From Gemmatimonadota bacterium (GTDB lineage: Bacteria > Gemmatimonadota > Gemmatimonadetes > Palauibacterales > KS3-K002), in contig JBDHJS010000011.1 of assembly GCA_039586795.1 (NCBI GenBank), positions 70,793 through 134,792 on the forward strand: a DNA stretch of 64,000 nt, given 5' to 3'. The position numbers and the translations under genes are program-made. Below, piece after piece: positions 7,850-20,327 of the stretch. Positions within the stretch are counted from its first letter, which is position 1. The number at the start of each line of letters is the position of its first letter. Under the pieces are notes generated by a model, which searched no databases, was not told where the DNA came from, and was given only the letters and a program-made list of their open reading frames with translations.

Positions 7850-9771
7850 ATCGTCTGCAGTTCTTGACGGTTTGTGGACTTGCGGCGCTACTCACCGCCG
7901 GAGCGCGAGCGTCACCGGCACAGCACGTCATCAAGCTATCGCGGACCGGCGGTATCGTTGGATTGGAGTTTGATGGCTACAGTCTTCAGAACTCCTCTGG
8001 CTTCCACGATGGCCAACGGACCTTTCGCGAATACGTCAATCTTCAAATAACAGGGTCAGTACTCGACCCCCGGGTCCTGCTCTTCGACGTCGGCCTTAGA
8101 CCTCGAATAGAACAGACCTCGTGGAACGCCACCTACGAGTCATCGAGTGGCGGCTCCACGAACCTCGACGCCCGACTGGCCGCCCACCTGTTCAGCCGCG
8201 GCAAGATCTCGCTTCAGGCAGAGGCGATGCGCCTCTCGAACAACGCGCAAGTGCGCTTTGATGAAGAACAGAGCGTTTCCTATCAAGAGCTGCGACTGCG
8301 CCTCAACACCAGGTTCAGGCCCCTTCCCCTGTGGATCGAGCTTCGAAACCTGCAAAACAACCTCGATTTCTCTCGACCCCAGGGCGTCAGTCTCATGCGT
8401 GACGAGCAGAGTCGCTCTGTTTGGATGCGTGCTCAGAACAGCAAGACCTTTCTTGAATACCAGCACGTTGATTTCTCGGACAACCTGTACGACCGGAGAG
8501 TCGTCACCGACAGGGCTACCGCCACGCACCATATGGGTTGGGGCAAAGGTAGCAGTCTACGCTCGATTCTCACTTATTCTGATCGAGCGGGCGTTGGTCC
8601 GTTTCGCCGATTCGCTTGGAACGAATACGTCAACATCCGGCACACGCTTGACGTTCAGACTGATCTACGCTTCCGACTCTTCGACCAGGTTAGCCGCGGC
8701 CTGAAATCGAAAGGCTGGTTCGTCGATCTTCGACCGCAAACCAGACTGGCCAGAGAAGCCCACGTCGCGTTGAGTGGCCTGGCGGAACGGCGACAGTATG
8801 CGCTCGTAGACTTTCGACGTTATGAACTGAAACCGATGGCCGACGCCGCTTTCGATTTGCCTGCCGGCATGAGACTCATCGCCTCCGGCGCGGTGGGTTA
8901 TCGCTGGCAAGTCCAGTCGGCCGACGAAGCATCCGTCGGAGACGTGCTGGATGAACGGCACGAGGTCGACCAGTTCGGTCGGTTCATCCTCGATGAGATT
9001 TCGGTGATCTCGAGTTCCGTGCTCATCACCAGCGAAGACCGTTCCGTCGTTTTCGAGGAGGGGATCGACTACCAGATCTTTGAGCAGGGTCCGCGCACCG
9101 AAGTACTGTCCCTACCCGGAGGTCGTATACAGCCGCAGGACATTGTTCTGGTAAGCTATAGTTTCCGCCTCATCGATGATCTGAGCTCGGACGCTCTACT
9201 CGCCAACTACAACGTCAATCTCCAGCTTGGCCCACTCGCCTTCTTCAACCATATGAACCTGGTGGATCCAGCTCAGCAGAGTTCACCCAGGGCTCCAGGT
9301 TCGCCAGGCTATTACCAGAATTTGCAGGCGGGAGTTGCCTATCAAAGTCGTACTCCTTTCGGATCGGTAGACGTCAGGGCCGAGTACGATGCGACAACCA
9401 CCGATGCGATCACGTATCAGATGTTCCGCGTACGGGCAACGTTGTCGGCACGACTGCTTAGAGGGATGGGCAGCACCGTCGGCGTGGCATGGCAGAACGG
9501 CCTTGCTGACCGCGGGCGTCCAATCTCGCGCCTCGATGCAAATGCAGCGGTCAACTGGAGTCCTATCCCCCGCCTCGCACTCGTTGGCGCCCTGACGGCC
9601 TACAGGGGACACGCCGATTTTCAACGAGATACGTTCCTCGGCTTCGGTCTCGGTGCCGAGTGGAGCCTGCGGCGACTTCGCATGTTCGCCAGGTACGACT
9701 ATCGGTCATGGGACACCCGGACTCAGCAACAGGAAAGCCGTATCCGAACCGGCATAGCACGATTCTTCTGA
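7846..9771 (+). CDS. Outer-membrane beta-barrel protein (candidate porin or secretion channel)
   Basis: GTG start overlaps the upstream stop (GTGA); signal peptide ending ARA-S; alternating amphipathic strands; C-terminal Phe (GIARFF). Confidence 0.75.
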   Translation: MNRLQFLTVCGLAALLTAGARASPAQHVIKLSRTGGIVGLEFDGYSLQNSSGFHDGQRTFREYVNLQITGSVLDPRVLLFDVGLRPRIEQTSWNATYESSSGGSTNLDARLAAHLFSRGKISLQAEAMRLSNNAQVRFDEEQSVSYQELRLRLNTRFRPLPLWIELRNLQNNLDFSRPQGVSLMRDEQSRSVWMRAQNSKTFLEYQHVDFSDNLYDRRVVTDRATATHHMGWGKGSSLRSILTYSDRAGVGPFRRFAWNEYVNIRHTLDVQTDLRFRLFDQVSRGLKSKGWFVDLRPQTRLAREAHVALSGLAERRQYALVDFRRYELKPMADAAFDLPAGMRLIASGAVGYRWQVQSADEASVGDVLDERHEVDQFGRFILDEISVISSSVLITSEDRSVVFEEGIDYQIFEQGPRTEVLSLPGGRIQPQDIVLVSYSFRLIDDLSSDALLANYNVNLQLGPLAFFNHMNLVDPAQQSSPRAPGSPGYYQNLQAGVAYQSRTPFGSVDVRAEYDATTTDAITYQMFRVRATLSARLLRGMGSTVGVAWQNGLADRGRPISRLDANAAVNWSPIPRLALVGALTAYRGHADFQRDTFLGFGLGAEWSLRRLRMFARYDYRSWDTRTQQQESRIRTGIARFF

Positions 9772-10598
9772 TGGCTCGATCGACTCGACCGCTGAATCTG
9801 CTGCTGACCCTGGCCCTGCTATCTGCTGTCCAGGTGCCTGCGTTCGCCCAGCACGACGACATCTCCGTCACCACTCCAGAGAGGTCATCAAGTGGCTGCG
9901 TGTTGTGTCACGCGTCGCACGATGCCGGGCCAACCGTCAAGAGCCTACGCATTGATCCCTTGGTCGCATCCGAATACTCAGCCGCCGGCCTCTCTCCCGC
10001 ATCTCTCAGTTGCCTGCGATGTCATTCCACGTGGAGCGCCCGGCTGCGACAACCGGAGTACGTCAACTTGGGAGTGGCTCCATCCCCAGGCGGAAAGCTC
10101 TTCGGGACCTATCTGCAGGACGATCATCCGGTAGGCGAAGCTTCGCGCCCCGGGCTACCCATGAGGGGAGACGACGCGGATCCATGGTCTAGTTCCGTCG
10201 GGATTGGAAGCGTCGTTCCGAGCCCCGGGACCCACGTACCCGAGTGCAACACCTGCCACGACCCCCATTCTCGCAACGGGCTTCTCATCGCACCCGAGGA
10301 GGAGCATTTCTTCTGCGGCGCGTGCCACGACAGGACTCAGGCCTCATCGACCACGCATACAAACGTCCCCTGCACTGGCTGTCACGCCCTCCACAACGCA
10401 TCCTCGACCAAACTTCTGGCGGAACATGATGTCGACCGGCTCTGCCTCTCCTGTCACACTGCCGCTGGCGTTCCCTCCCTGTCACGCAACTACTCCGAAC
10501 GCCGAGCCGAGCTACTAAGCATGCTGGCAGTTCCACGAACGAACATGCATGGCGAGTCGCGTTCCGATCGCTGCACGGGCTGCCACCTGCCTCACTGA
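9771..10598 (+). CDS. Heptaheme c-type cytochrome with an OmcE-like N-terminal module
   Basis: TGATG coupling to the barrel gene; signal ending AFA-Q; seven CxxCH; SLSCLRCH..DDHPV..ECNTCHDPH pattern. Confidence 0.85.
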   Translation: MARSTRPLNLLLTLALLSAVQVPAFAQHDDISVTTPERSSSGCVLCHASHDAGPTVKSLRIDPLVASEYSAAGLSPASLSCLRCHSTWSARLRQPEYVNLGVAPSPGGKLFGTYLQDDHPVGEASRPGLPMRGDDADPWSSSVGIGSVVPSPGTHVPECNTCHDPHSRNGLLIAPEEEHFFCGACHDRTQASSTTHTNVPCTGCHALHNASSTKLLAEHDVDRLCLSCHTAAGVPSLSRNYSERRAELLSMLAVPRTNMHGESRSDRCTGCHLPH

Positions 10599-10719
10599 AC
10601 ACCAGCACTCTGCACCAAAAACGCCGCGGCAACTGCGCTCACGCGGGAGCGGTCGACGGCCGAGCTTCGTAAGTGCTACACTATTTGACTTTGGCTGATC
10701 GTGCCGCGATGTTGCAGCT

Positions 10720-10810
10720 GTAGAGAAGACCGAAGCCCCGGTCGTTAAAGGGTCCTTTTGGAAGACGTTTCATTGGTCCCTCCTCAACGGCGGCCGGGGC
10801 CTATTCTTTT
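10720..10810 (+). ncRNA. Candidate antisense sRNA against the OmcE-like gene translation start
   Basis: TTGACT-N17-GATGTT upstream; closing stem 10735-10744/10791-10800 followed by CTATTCTTTT; 10766-10788 is the exact reverse complement of 5086-5108. Confidence 0.65.
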
Positions 10811-10904
10811 GAAGTACGACCTCCCTCCCTCATCTGAGACCACCGCACTCGTTGGTGGTAGGTGGCCCTCAGGCTGACACGCATAGCAGCATACCCGGTA
10901 GTGA

Positions 10905-14255
<3,351 letters not shown>

Positions 14256-14302
14256 AAAGTGGGGAGTAGGGGGTGGTGGGTGATCCGGCTCCCCCTACTC
14301 GC

Positions 14303-15694
14303 CTAATGCTTGTCGAAATCGGCGACGAACGCTCGCAATACGTTTGCGTCCTCGGCGTAGTGTGTCCACAGGCACGCGACGCGACCGTCGTAGGCGCTGA
14401 TGCCGTTGTAGTCTCCGAAGAAGCGGTCCGTCTGCGGCTCGAACGGCTCGTCGCTGATCCGATACTCCTCGAACGATCGCCCGCCGTCCGTCGAACGCGC
14501 CAGGTAGACGTGGACGCCCTTGCCGTCTCGTGCCCGACGATCGTAGTAGACGATGTTGACGCTGCCATCCACCGGATCGACGCTCATCCAGGTGAAGAAC
14601 TGTGCTCGGTTGTTCTTCAGCCTGTCCTGGTTGACCCGTAACGGCTCGCTCCAGGTGACGCCGTGATCTGTGGAGCGGGATAGGAACACGTCGGGGTCGC
14701 CGTGCCGCTCGTCGACCCAGTTCACGTAGACCGTGCCGCGGTGTAAACCCTCCGATATGTCCACCGCTGTGACCGGCATGCCGTTGGCCCGAGGCGTCCC
14801 CTCGATCTCGATGTCCCAGCCGCCGGGCTGCTCGAGGATGGTCCACGCATCCTTCCAGCTCGCTCCGCCATCCTTCGATAATGTGAACTCGATGCCCCGG
14901 GGACCGCTCCATGCCATGTACACCGTGCCCTCGGGTCCCGCCGCCGGGACCGCGCCCTCCACCGTGTCGTCGCTGTCCACCGCGTCGCCGCCAGGCGCCG
15001 GTATCCGCTGCGGCCGCGAAAACGTGCGCCCACCGTCGTCAGATCGCACGACATATATAAAGGATGAGTCCCGCGGCGAGTCGCTGCCGTAGCGGGTGAA
15101 GCGAGTCCATGCGATGTAGATGCTGCCCTGGTACGGACTGTCCTTGGAGAGATCGATTCCTGGATAGGGCTTGTCCTCGAACGGAACGATGCTGTTCAGA
15201 TGCTCGACCAGGATAACTTCGTCGCCGTAGCTCAGGCCGCCATCGTCCGAGGCTCGCAGAAAGAGACCATTGCGCGGATAGACGCCCTCCGGATTCCGAA
15301 GGTGGCGGAAGCCCAGGTAGCTGCGATAGACCCGGCCTTCATGGTCGATCACGACCGCATCGTCGCCCTGCACCTTGTCCGCTGGGTTGGGCATGGCAAC
15401 GGATGTCCAGGTCTTGCCACCATCCCACGATACGTAGGTGAAGTTGCTGATCTTCCACCCGTTCCAGACGCGCAGCGTGACCACCGCCGAACCGACGATG
15501 TGGTTCACATTCGTCGGGTCGATGGCGATCGCCGTCTCAACAGCGCTGTGTGGTCCGGTCGTCACGGCGACCGGGGCCGGTAGGTCTCGCGCCAACCCCG
15601 CTTCCGGCGGTTGCGGGGTCTGGGCGCTCGCCGTTGCCGTGAAGGCACCGGCGAGCGTCAGGGTCATGCAAAGGGCCAGAAACCGCCGGAGCAT
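14303..15694 (-). CDS. Secreted BNR/Asp-box repeat (sialidase-like) protein
   Basis: Repeated SxDGGxTW/F boxes; C-terminal FFGDYNGI; signal peptide from MLRRF with RBS GGAGG. Confidence 0.8.
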   Translation of the reverse strand: MLRRFLALCMTLTLAGAFTATASAQTPQPPEAGLARDLPAPVAVTTGPHSAVETAIAIDPTNVNHIVGSAVVTLRVWNGWKISNFTYVSWDGGKTWTSVAMPNPADKVQGDDAVVIDHEGRVYRSYLGFRHLRNPEGVYPRNGLFLRASDDGGLSYGDEVILVEHLNSIVPFEDKPYPGIDLSKDSPYQGSIYIAWTRFTRYGSDSPRDSSFIYVVRSDDGGRTFSRPQRIPAPGGDAVDSDDTVEGAVPAAGPEGTVYMAWSGPRGIEFTLSKDGGASWKDAWTILEQPGGWDIEIEGTPRANGMPVTAVDISEGLHRGTVYVNWVDERHGDPDVFLSRSTDHGVTWSEPLRVNQDRLKNNRAQFFTWMSVDPVDGSVNIVYYDRRARDGKGVHVYLARSTDGGRSFEEYRISDEPFEPQTDRFFGDYNGISAYDGRVACLWTHYAEDANVLRAFVADFDKH

Positions 15695-15696
15695 CG

Positions 15697-17955
15697 TCAC
15701 TCCTCCGTCTCCGACGCCTGCGGCCCGGCCGGCATGTTCTCCATCAAGTAGTTGGTGAGCAGCGTGTACAGATGCAGCGTCGTGCCGCGACCTTCGTAGA
15801 TGCCGTGCGAACGGTTTGGGTACGGCATGATCGTGAACTGCTTGCCCGCCTCGACCAGCGCGTTGACCAACACCTCGGTGCCCTGATAGTGGACGTTGTC
15901 GTCTCCCGTACCGTGCACGATCAGAAGATTCCCTTGCAGCCGATCGGCAAACGTCACCGGCGACGACTGCTCGTACTCCGTCGGGTTGTCTTGGGGCAAC
16001 CCCATGTACCGTTCCTGATAGATCGTGTCGTACAGCCGAACGTCCGGTACCGGCGCGACGGCCATCGCCGTGCTGTAGAAATCCGGGTAGCGGAAGATCA
16101 TGTTGAGGCTCATCGAGCCGCCACCGCTCCAGCCCCAGATGCCGATCCGCGCCGGATCGACGTGGGACCACTGCCCAACCGCACGCGCGGCAGCGGCCTG
16201 ATCGAACGAGGCGTGGACACCGATCTTCTTGTAGACGACCTTGCGCCAGTCGCGACCGCGCGGCGCCGGCGTACCCCGATTATCGATGCTCATCACGATA
16301 TAGCCCTGCTGCGTCAGCATCAGATGCCACAGGTAGTTCCTGCCCATCCACGCGTCACGCACCGTCTGTCCCCACGGCTCGCCATAGACATAGAACAGGA
16401 CGGGGTATTTCTTCGACGGGTCGAAATCCGGCGGCCGCATCTCGAACCCATCCAGCATCACGCCTTCACCGTTGTCCACGCGGAAGAAACGCGACTCGCC
16501 GCGGTCCAGCGACTCGATCGTCGCCCGCAGTCGTGCGTTGTCGACCAGCGTTCTCACCACCTCATGGTCCGGCAATCTTACCAGCTCGATGATCGGCGGC
16601 GTCATGAAGCTCGAGTAGGTGTGGAAGGCGAAGCGCGCATCGCGCGAGATCTGATACGAGTGGGTGCCCGGCTGACCGGCGGGCGTCAGGCGTTCGGCCC
16701 TCCCGCTGCCGTCCAGCGGTGTGCGATACAGGTAGCGCTGCTTCGGATCGTCCGGTGACGCGATGTAGTAGAGCCAGCCGCCGTCCTCGTCGATGTGCTG
16801 AACGCTCACGATGTCGTAGTCGCCCGGCGTGATCAGCTGCATGTCCTGCCCATCTCGAGATATTATGTAGACATGCCGCCAACCGTCCCGCTCGCTCACC
16901 CAGGTGAAGCGCTTCCCATCGTCCAGCCATTCCAGATCCTCGACGACGTCGAGCCAGGCCTCATCCGTCTCGGTTACTATCGTCCGCGCTTCGCCGCTGC
17001 TCGCCTTGGCCAGCGTGAGCCAGTTCGTGTTCTGTAGGCGGTTCAAGTGCTGGATTACGACTTCGTCCGAATCGTCCGCCCACTCCATGCGCGGGATGTA
17101 GTTGTTCCGCGGATCGCCCTCCATCCCGATCCAGCGCGTATCACCGCCATCAGCGCTGACCACACCGACTTTGACGGCTGAGTTGGTTTCGCCGGCCTTC
17201 GGATACGGGAACTCGATAAGCCTCGGATAGAGCGAATCCGTGTTGTTGATCATCGTGAACCACGGCACGCCCTCGGTGTCGAACTGCCAGTAGGCGATCC
17301 GTTCGCCGTTCGGACTCCAGCGGAAGCCGTCGCGCAAAAAGAACTCTTCTTCGTAGACCCAATCGGACGTCCCGTTGACGATCCACTCCGATCCGTCATC
17401 GGTAAGCGCGATGATCTCGCCGCTCTCCAGGTCTTCGACGTAGATATTGTTCTCCTGGACATAGCCTACTCGGCCACCATCCGGCGAGAACTTGGCGAAC
17501 ATGAGCGTCGCCTCTTCGGCATCGCCGCCTACCTGGCGGAGCGCGCCCGACCCGAGATCCAGCACCCAGTAGTCGCCCCGCGTGTTCGATCGCCATACGC
17601 GCCGCGTATTGGTGAAGATCAGCAGCTTGGATCCGTCGTCCGACCATTGATAGCCGGAGATCCACAGCGGTTGCCTGGCACCTGCCGGCGTCAGCACCGC
17701 CGCCGAGACCAGAACTTCTCGAGCGCCCGTCTCGGGATCGTATTTCACGATCTCGCGGGCCCGCCGGTTGGCAGTGAACTCCAGGGTCGTGTAGCTGCCG
17801 TCCTCCATCCAGCGGGCCGGCCCGAAGAACTGGCCACTGAAATCGGCGGAGGCGAAGATCCGCTCAAGGGCGAGCTCTGACGGCTGCTGCGCTAGCAGCG
17901 ACGTGGCGAGCAGCATCAGGATCAGGACCGCGAAGGTCGTACGAATGCGATTCAC
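15697..17955 (-). CDS. S9B dipeptidyl-peptidase IV family protein
   Basis: DWVYEEE, GWSGGG nucleophile elbow, HGTGDDNVH, C-terminal HGI; GTG start with RBS AAGGAG. Confidence 0.92.
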   Translation of the reverse strand: MNRIRTTFAVLILMLLATSLLAQQPSELALERIFASADFSGQFFGPARWMEDGSYTTLEFTANRRAREIVKYDPETGAREVLVSAAVLTPAGARQPLWISGYQWSDDGSKLLIFTNTRRVWRSNTRGDYWVLDLGSGALRQVGGDAEEATLMFAKFSPDGGRVGYVQENNIYVEDLESGEIIALTDDGSEWIVNGTSDWVYEEEFFLRDGFRWSPNGERIAYWQFDTEGVPWFTMINNTDSLYPRLIEFPYPKAGETNSAVKVGVVSADGGDTRWIGMEGDPRNNYIPRMEWADDSDEVVIQHLNRLQNTNWLTLAKASSGEARTIVTETDEAWLDVVEDLEWLDDGKRFTWVSERDGWRHVYIISRDGQDMQLITPGDYDIVSVQHIDEDGGWLYYIASPDDPKQRYLYRTPLDGSGRAERLTPAGQPGTHSYQISRDARFAFHTYSSFMTPPIIELVRLPDHEVVRTLVDNARLRATIESLDRGESRFFRVDNGEGVMLDGFEMRPPDFDPSKKYPVLFYVYGEPWGQTVRDAWMGRNYLWHLMLTQQGYIVMSIDNRGTPAPRGRDWRKVVYKKIGVHASFDQAAAARAVGQWSHVDPARIGIWGWSGGGSMSLNMIFRYPDFYSTAMAVAPVPDVRLYDTIYQERYMGLPQDNPTEYEQSSPVTFADRLQGNLLIVHGTGDDNVHYQGTEVLVNALVEAGKQFTIMPYPNRSHGIYEGRGTTLHLYTLLTNYLMENMPAGPQASETEE

Positions 17956-18061
17956 GTGATTCTCCTTCGTTGGTTTGTTGAGGGCCGCGCGAAATCTACC
18001 CCGGGGCCGGGTTTCGCGCACCTGCTGAGATGGGGAGAATCCTAGGAGAACTGAGGAGTTC

Positions 18062-18093
18062 GAGGGGCGACCCGCCTTAGCGGGTGGCCCCTC
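18062..18093 (-). terminator. Hairpin downstream of the PilX-like gene
   Basis: GAGGGGCGACCCGC-ctta-GCGGGTGGCCCCTC. Confidence 0.55.
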
Positions 18094-18101
18094 AGATCTT
18101 T

Positions 18102-20327
18102 CTAATACGCTTCACGCATCGCGGTGCGGAACACGTATCCTACGTTCGGCGTGCCCGGAGGCAGGTTCGCGGGGTCGCGAAAATCGATATCGAACGCCCA
18201 GTTGCGCTGCGGGGGCGTATAGTACGTCCCGTTCCAGGTGCCCGTCGTCTTCTGACTGGTGAACGGGCTAATCAGCGAGCCCAGGTAGTTGAAGTCCACC
18301 TTATTGCTGCCATTCCGCCAGTGCTCAAGGAAGCGGGGGAAGTTCTCGAGACCGCCGCCATACCAATCCTTGTAGTAGGCGGTCGAGCCGTCGGCGGCGC
18401 ACGATGTTTCGTGATGATCGCAGGGAGTTGCCCAATGCCCGGCCAGGATGGCGCCGTTCACCGTAGTCTCGCTCGAGCTCTGCTTCTTCCACTTGGGCTG
18501 CCATTTCGTGTACTCGATACACGGGTTGGTCCAGCTCACAAGACCGGTGCATGTGTCGATGTCGTTCTGCGCAGGCCGATTGTCCGCATCATCCCAAGCG
18601 TTCGACAGAATCGTTATGCCGTCACCCATGAGTGAGGTGGACTTCTTGTCGATCGAGTTGTAATCGCCGCGTACGTAGAGCGGCCACTCTGTAGCGACGG
18701 TCAACCGGTTGGGGAGCAGCGAGCCGTTTACCAGTCGAACCGCCGGATCTACGGTGGCGTCCGGCAAGTAGTCGCGGGTTACCGGCGCGTAATTGCCGAC
18801 CTCCGCCGGAACGAGGAACTCGACGTAGACAATCTCCGTCTGACGAGCCGTGCTCACCGCCTCCCACGCAGCCAGCTGCGTCATGTCTATGTTGAGAACG
18901 TCCTTCAGTTCAGTCTCGCGTCCGTCGTAAAAATCCGACCATTCCCACTGAAAGATCTTGCACATGTCGGTTTGGGACAGTGCTTCCCCGCCCATGGACC
19001 GGTCGACCGTGATGTTCGGCCATAGCCTATCGGCCTCCGCCATCACGCTCAGCAAGTCGTGCCAGTAGGCCGTCCCGTCTACACCTTCACCGTCATTATC
19101 AGCGCCTAACACCTCAACGCGGATGCCATCGACGGCGCTGGGAATGTCAACCTTGAACCTGCACTCCCCAATCAGCTCTTTCGAATAGACCGTCGCACCG
19201 TCCGCGTATACTGTGACGTCTGCATTAAAACCGTCGCAGTTCACGCCCAGGATCTTGAAATCCACGCTGTTCCCTGGGATGACCGGGTCCAAGGCAGTGA
19301 TCGACAACACGCCGTCAACGGCATCCGGATCGTACTTGGGCGGAGTACCACCACAGACGTCGCCCAGCGTCCTGACGTTCACGAGATCCACTGTCACGTA
19401 AGTGTCAGCTTTCCAGGCCAGCTTGATCTGCCTTTCTGCCTCGCTGTCATCACCTTCCCGCGGTCGAATCACCTCATAGGCTGGTGTTCCCAGGGGGAGC
19501 GGAATGCGCAGTGAGTCAACGTCAAAAGCGCCCGTCATGACGCGGCAATCGAATGCCGAACAACTCTGAGCCTTGAACGCTTCGGGATCCGAGTACGTCC
19601 GGCTATCGAAATTCAAGGCAATTTCATTACCGCTGGCGTCGTTGATGAACACGCCGTTCTTGACGCTGTGAAAGTCCTTGCGGTCGTGGAATATCTCATT
19701 CGGGGTGGTGATGATGTCCCTGTACCAGGCGTTGTTTGAGCTCAGGTAGATGTTCCCGTTCGAATGAACTCGACCGAGAAACTCCATCGGCGGCCCGTTG
19801 GTCGCTTCCAGATCCTGTTCGAAGAACACGCCGAACTGGAAGATCGGGATCGCTTGCGCTTTTGCCCTCAGGATGATCGCCGAGCGGTCGCCCAACGGGT
19901 TCTTCGCCGAGGAGTAGATGTCGACGTTTTGCGTTAGCGCGTTGAGTCCCGCGTATGGACCGTCGGTCACAGTCTCGACGATGGCGTCGCCTAACCTCTC
20001 GACGTAGAAGCTGTCGAATTCGATGTAACTCAGAGTCGGCGGATTGATGTTGAGCAGATCGGCGTCCGAGAGATGGCCGTCAGATAGCATCGCCTTCAGC
20101 TGGGCCAGCGTCGCTTCGCCACCCGCCTCCGCCGCGTAATAGACCCGCGTGTCCTGGTAGTCGCTTCCTGATGTGCGAAGCGCGCTTACCGCTCCATTCA
20201 GCGCCGCCGCCGTCAGCATCGCCACCAACGCGATCAACATCAACGTCGCGATCAGAGCGAGCCCGCTACGGTCCTCAAGGTGCCGCAGCTCGATCAGTTG
20301 TTTGGCTGGTCTCCGCAACCTGTCCAT
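18102..20327 (-). CDS. Large PilX/GspK-type minor pilin (pilus assembly protein)
   Basis: Class III-like signal RSG|LALIATLMLIALV without Glu5; YYAAEAG; GRVHSNG; C-terminal GGLENFPRFLEHW..PPQRNWAFD. Confidence 0.75.
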   Translation of the reverse strand: MDRLRRPAKQLIELRHLEDRSGLALIATLMLIALVAMLTAAALNGAVSALRTSGSDYQDTRVYYAAEAGGEATLAQLKAMLSDGHLSDADLLNINPPTLSYIEFDSFYVERLGDAIVETVTDGPYAGLNALTQNVDIYSSAKNPLGDRSAIILRAKAQAIPIFQFGVFFEQDLEATNGPPMEFLGRVHSNGNIYLSSNNAWYRDIITTPNEIFHDRKDFHSVKNGVFINDASGNEIALNFDSRTYSDPEAFKAQSCSAFDCRVMTGAFDVDSLRIPLPLGTPAYEVIRPREGDDSEAERQIKLAWKADTYVTVDLVNVRTLGDVCGGTPPKYDPDAVDGVLSITALDPVIPGNSVDFKILGVNCDGFNADVTVYADGATVYSKELIGECRFKVDIPSAVDGIRVEVLGADNDGEGVDGTAYWHDLLSVMAEADRLWPNITVDRSMGGEALSQTDMCKIFQWEWSDFYDGRETELKDVLNIDMTQLAAWEAVSTARQTEIVYVEFLVPAEVGNYAPVTRDYLPDATVDPAVRLVNGSLLPNRLTVATEWPLYVRGDYNSIDKKSTSLMGDGITILSNAWDDADNRPAQNDIDTCTGLVSWTNPCIEYTKWQPKWKKQSSSETTVNGAILAGHWATPCDHHETSCAADGSTAYYKDWYGGGLENFPRFLEHWRNGSNKVDFNYLGSLISPFTSQKTTGTWNGTYYTPPQRNWAFDIDFRDPANLPPGTPNVGYVFRTAMREAY

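Noticed and set aside
10681..10773. 30-aa minus-strand ORF MKRLPKGPFNDRGFGLLYSCNIAARSAKVK with a strong SD
   Set aside because: Its SD and start are simply the 23-nt repeat; no signal peptide or recognisable features; kept only as an alternative to the sRNA model
14303..16171. Long N-terminal extensions in the ORF track (also 7795, 9660, 10917, 39726, 40417, 41592)
   Set aside because: They overlap neighbouring genes or lack SDs; downstream starts give proper signal peptides or family N-termini
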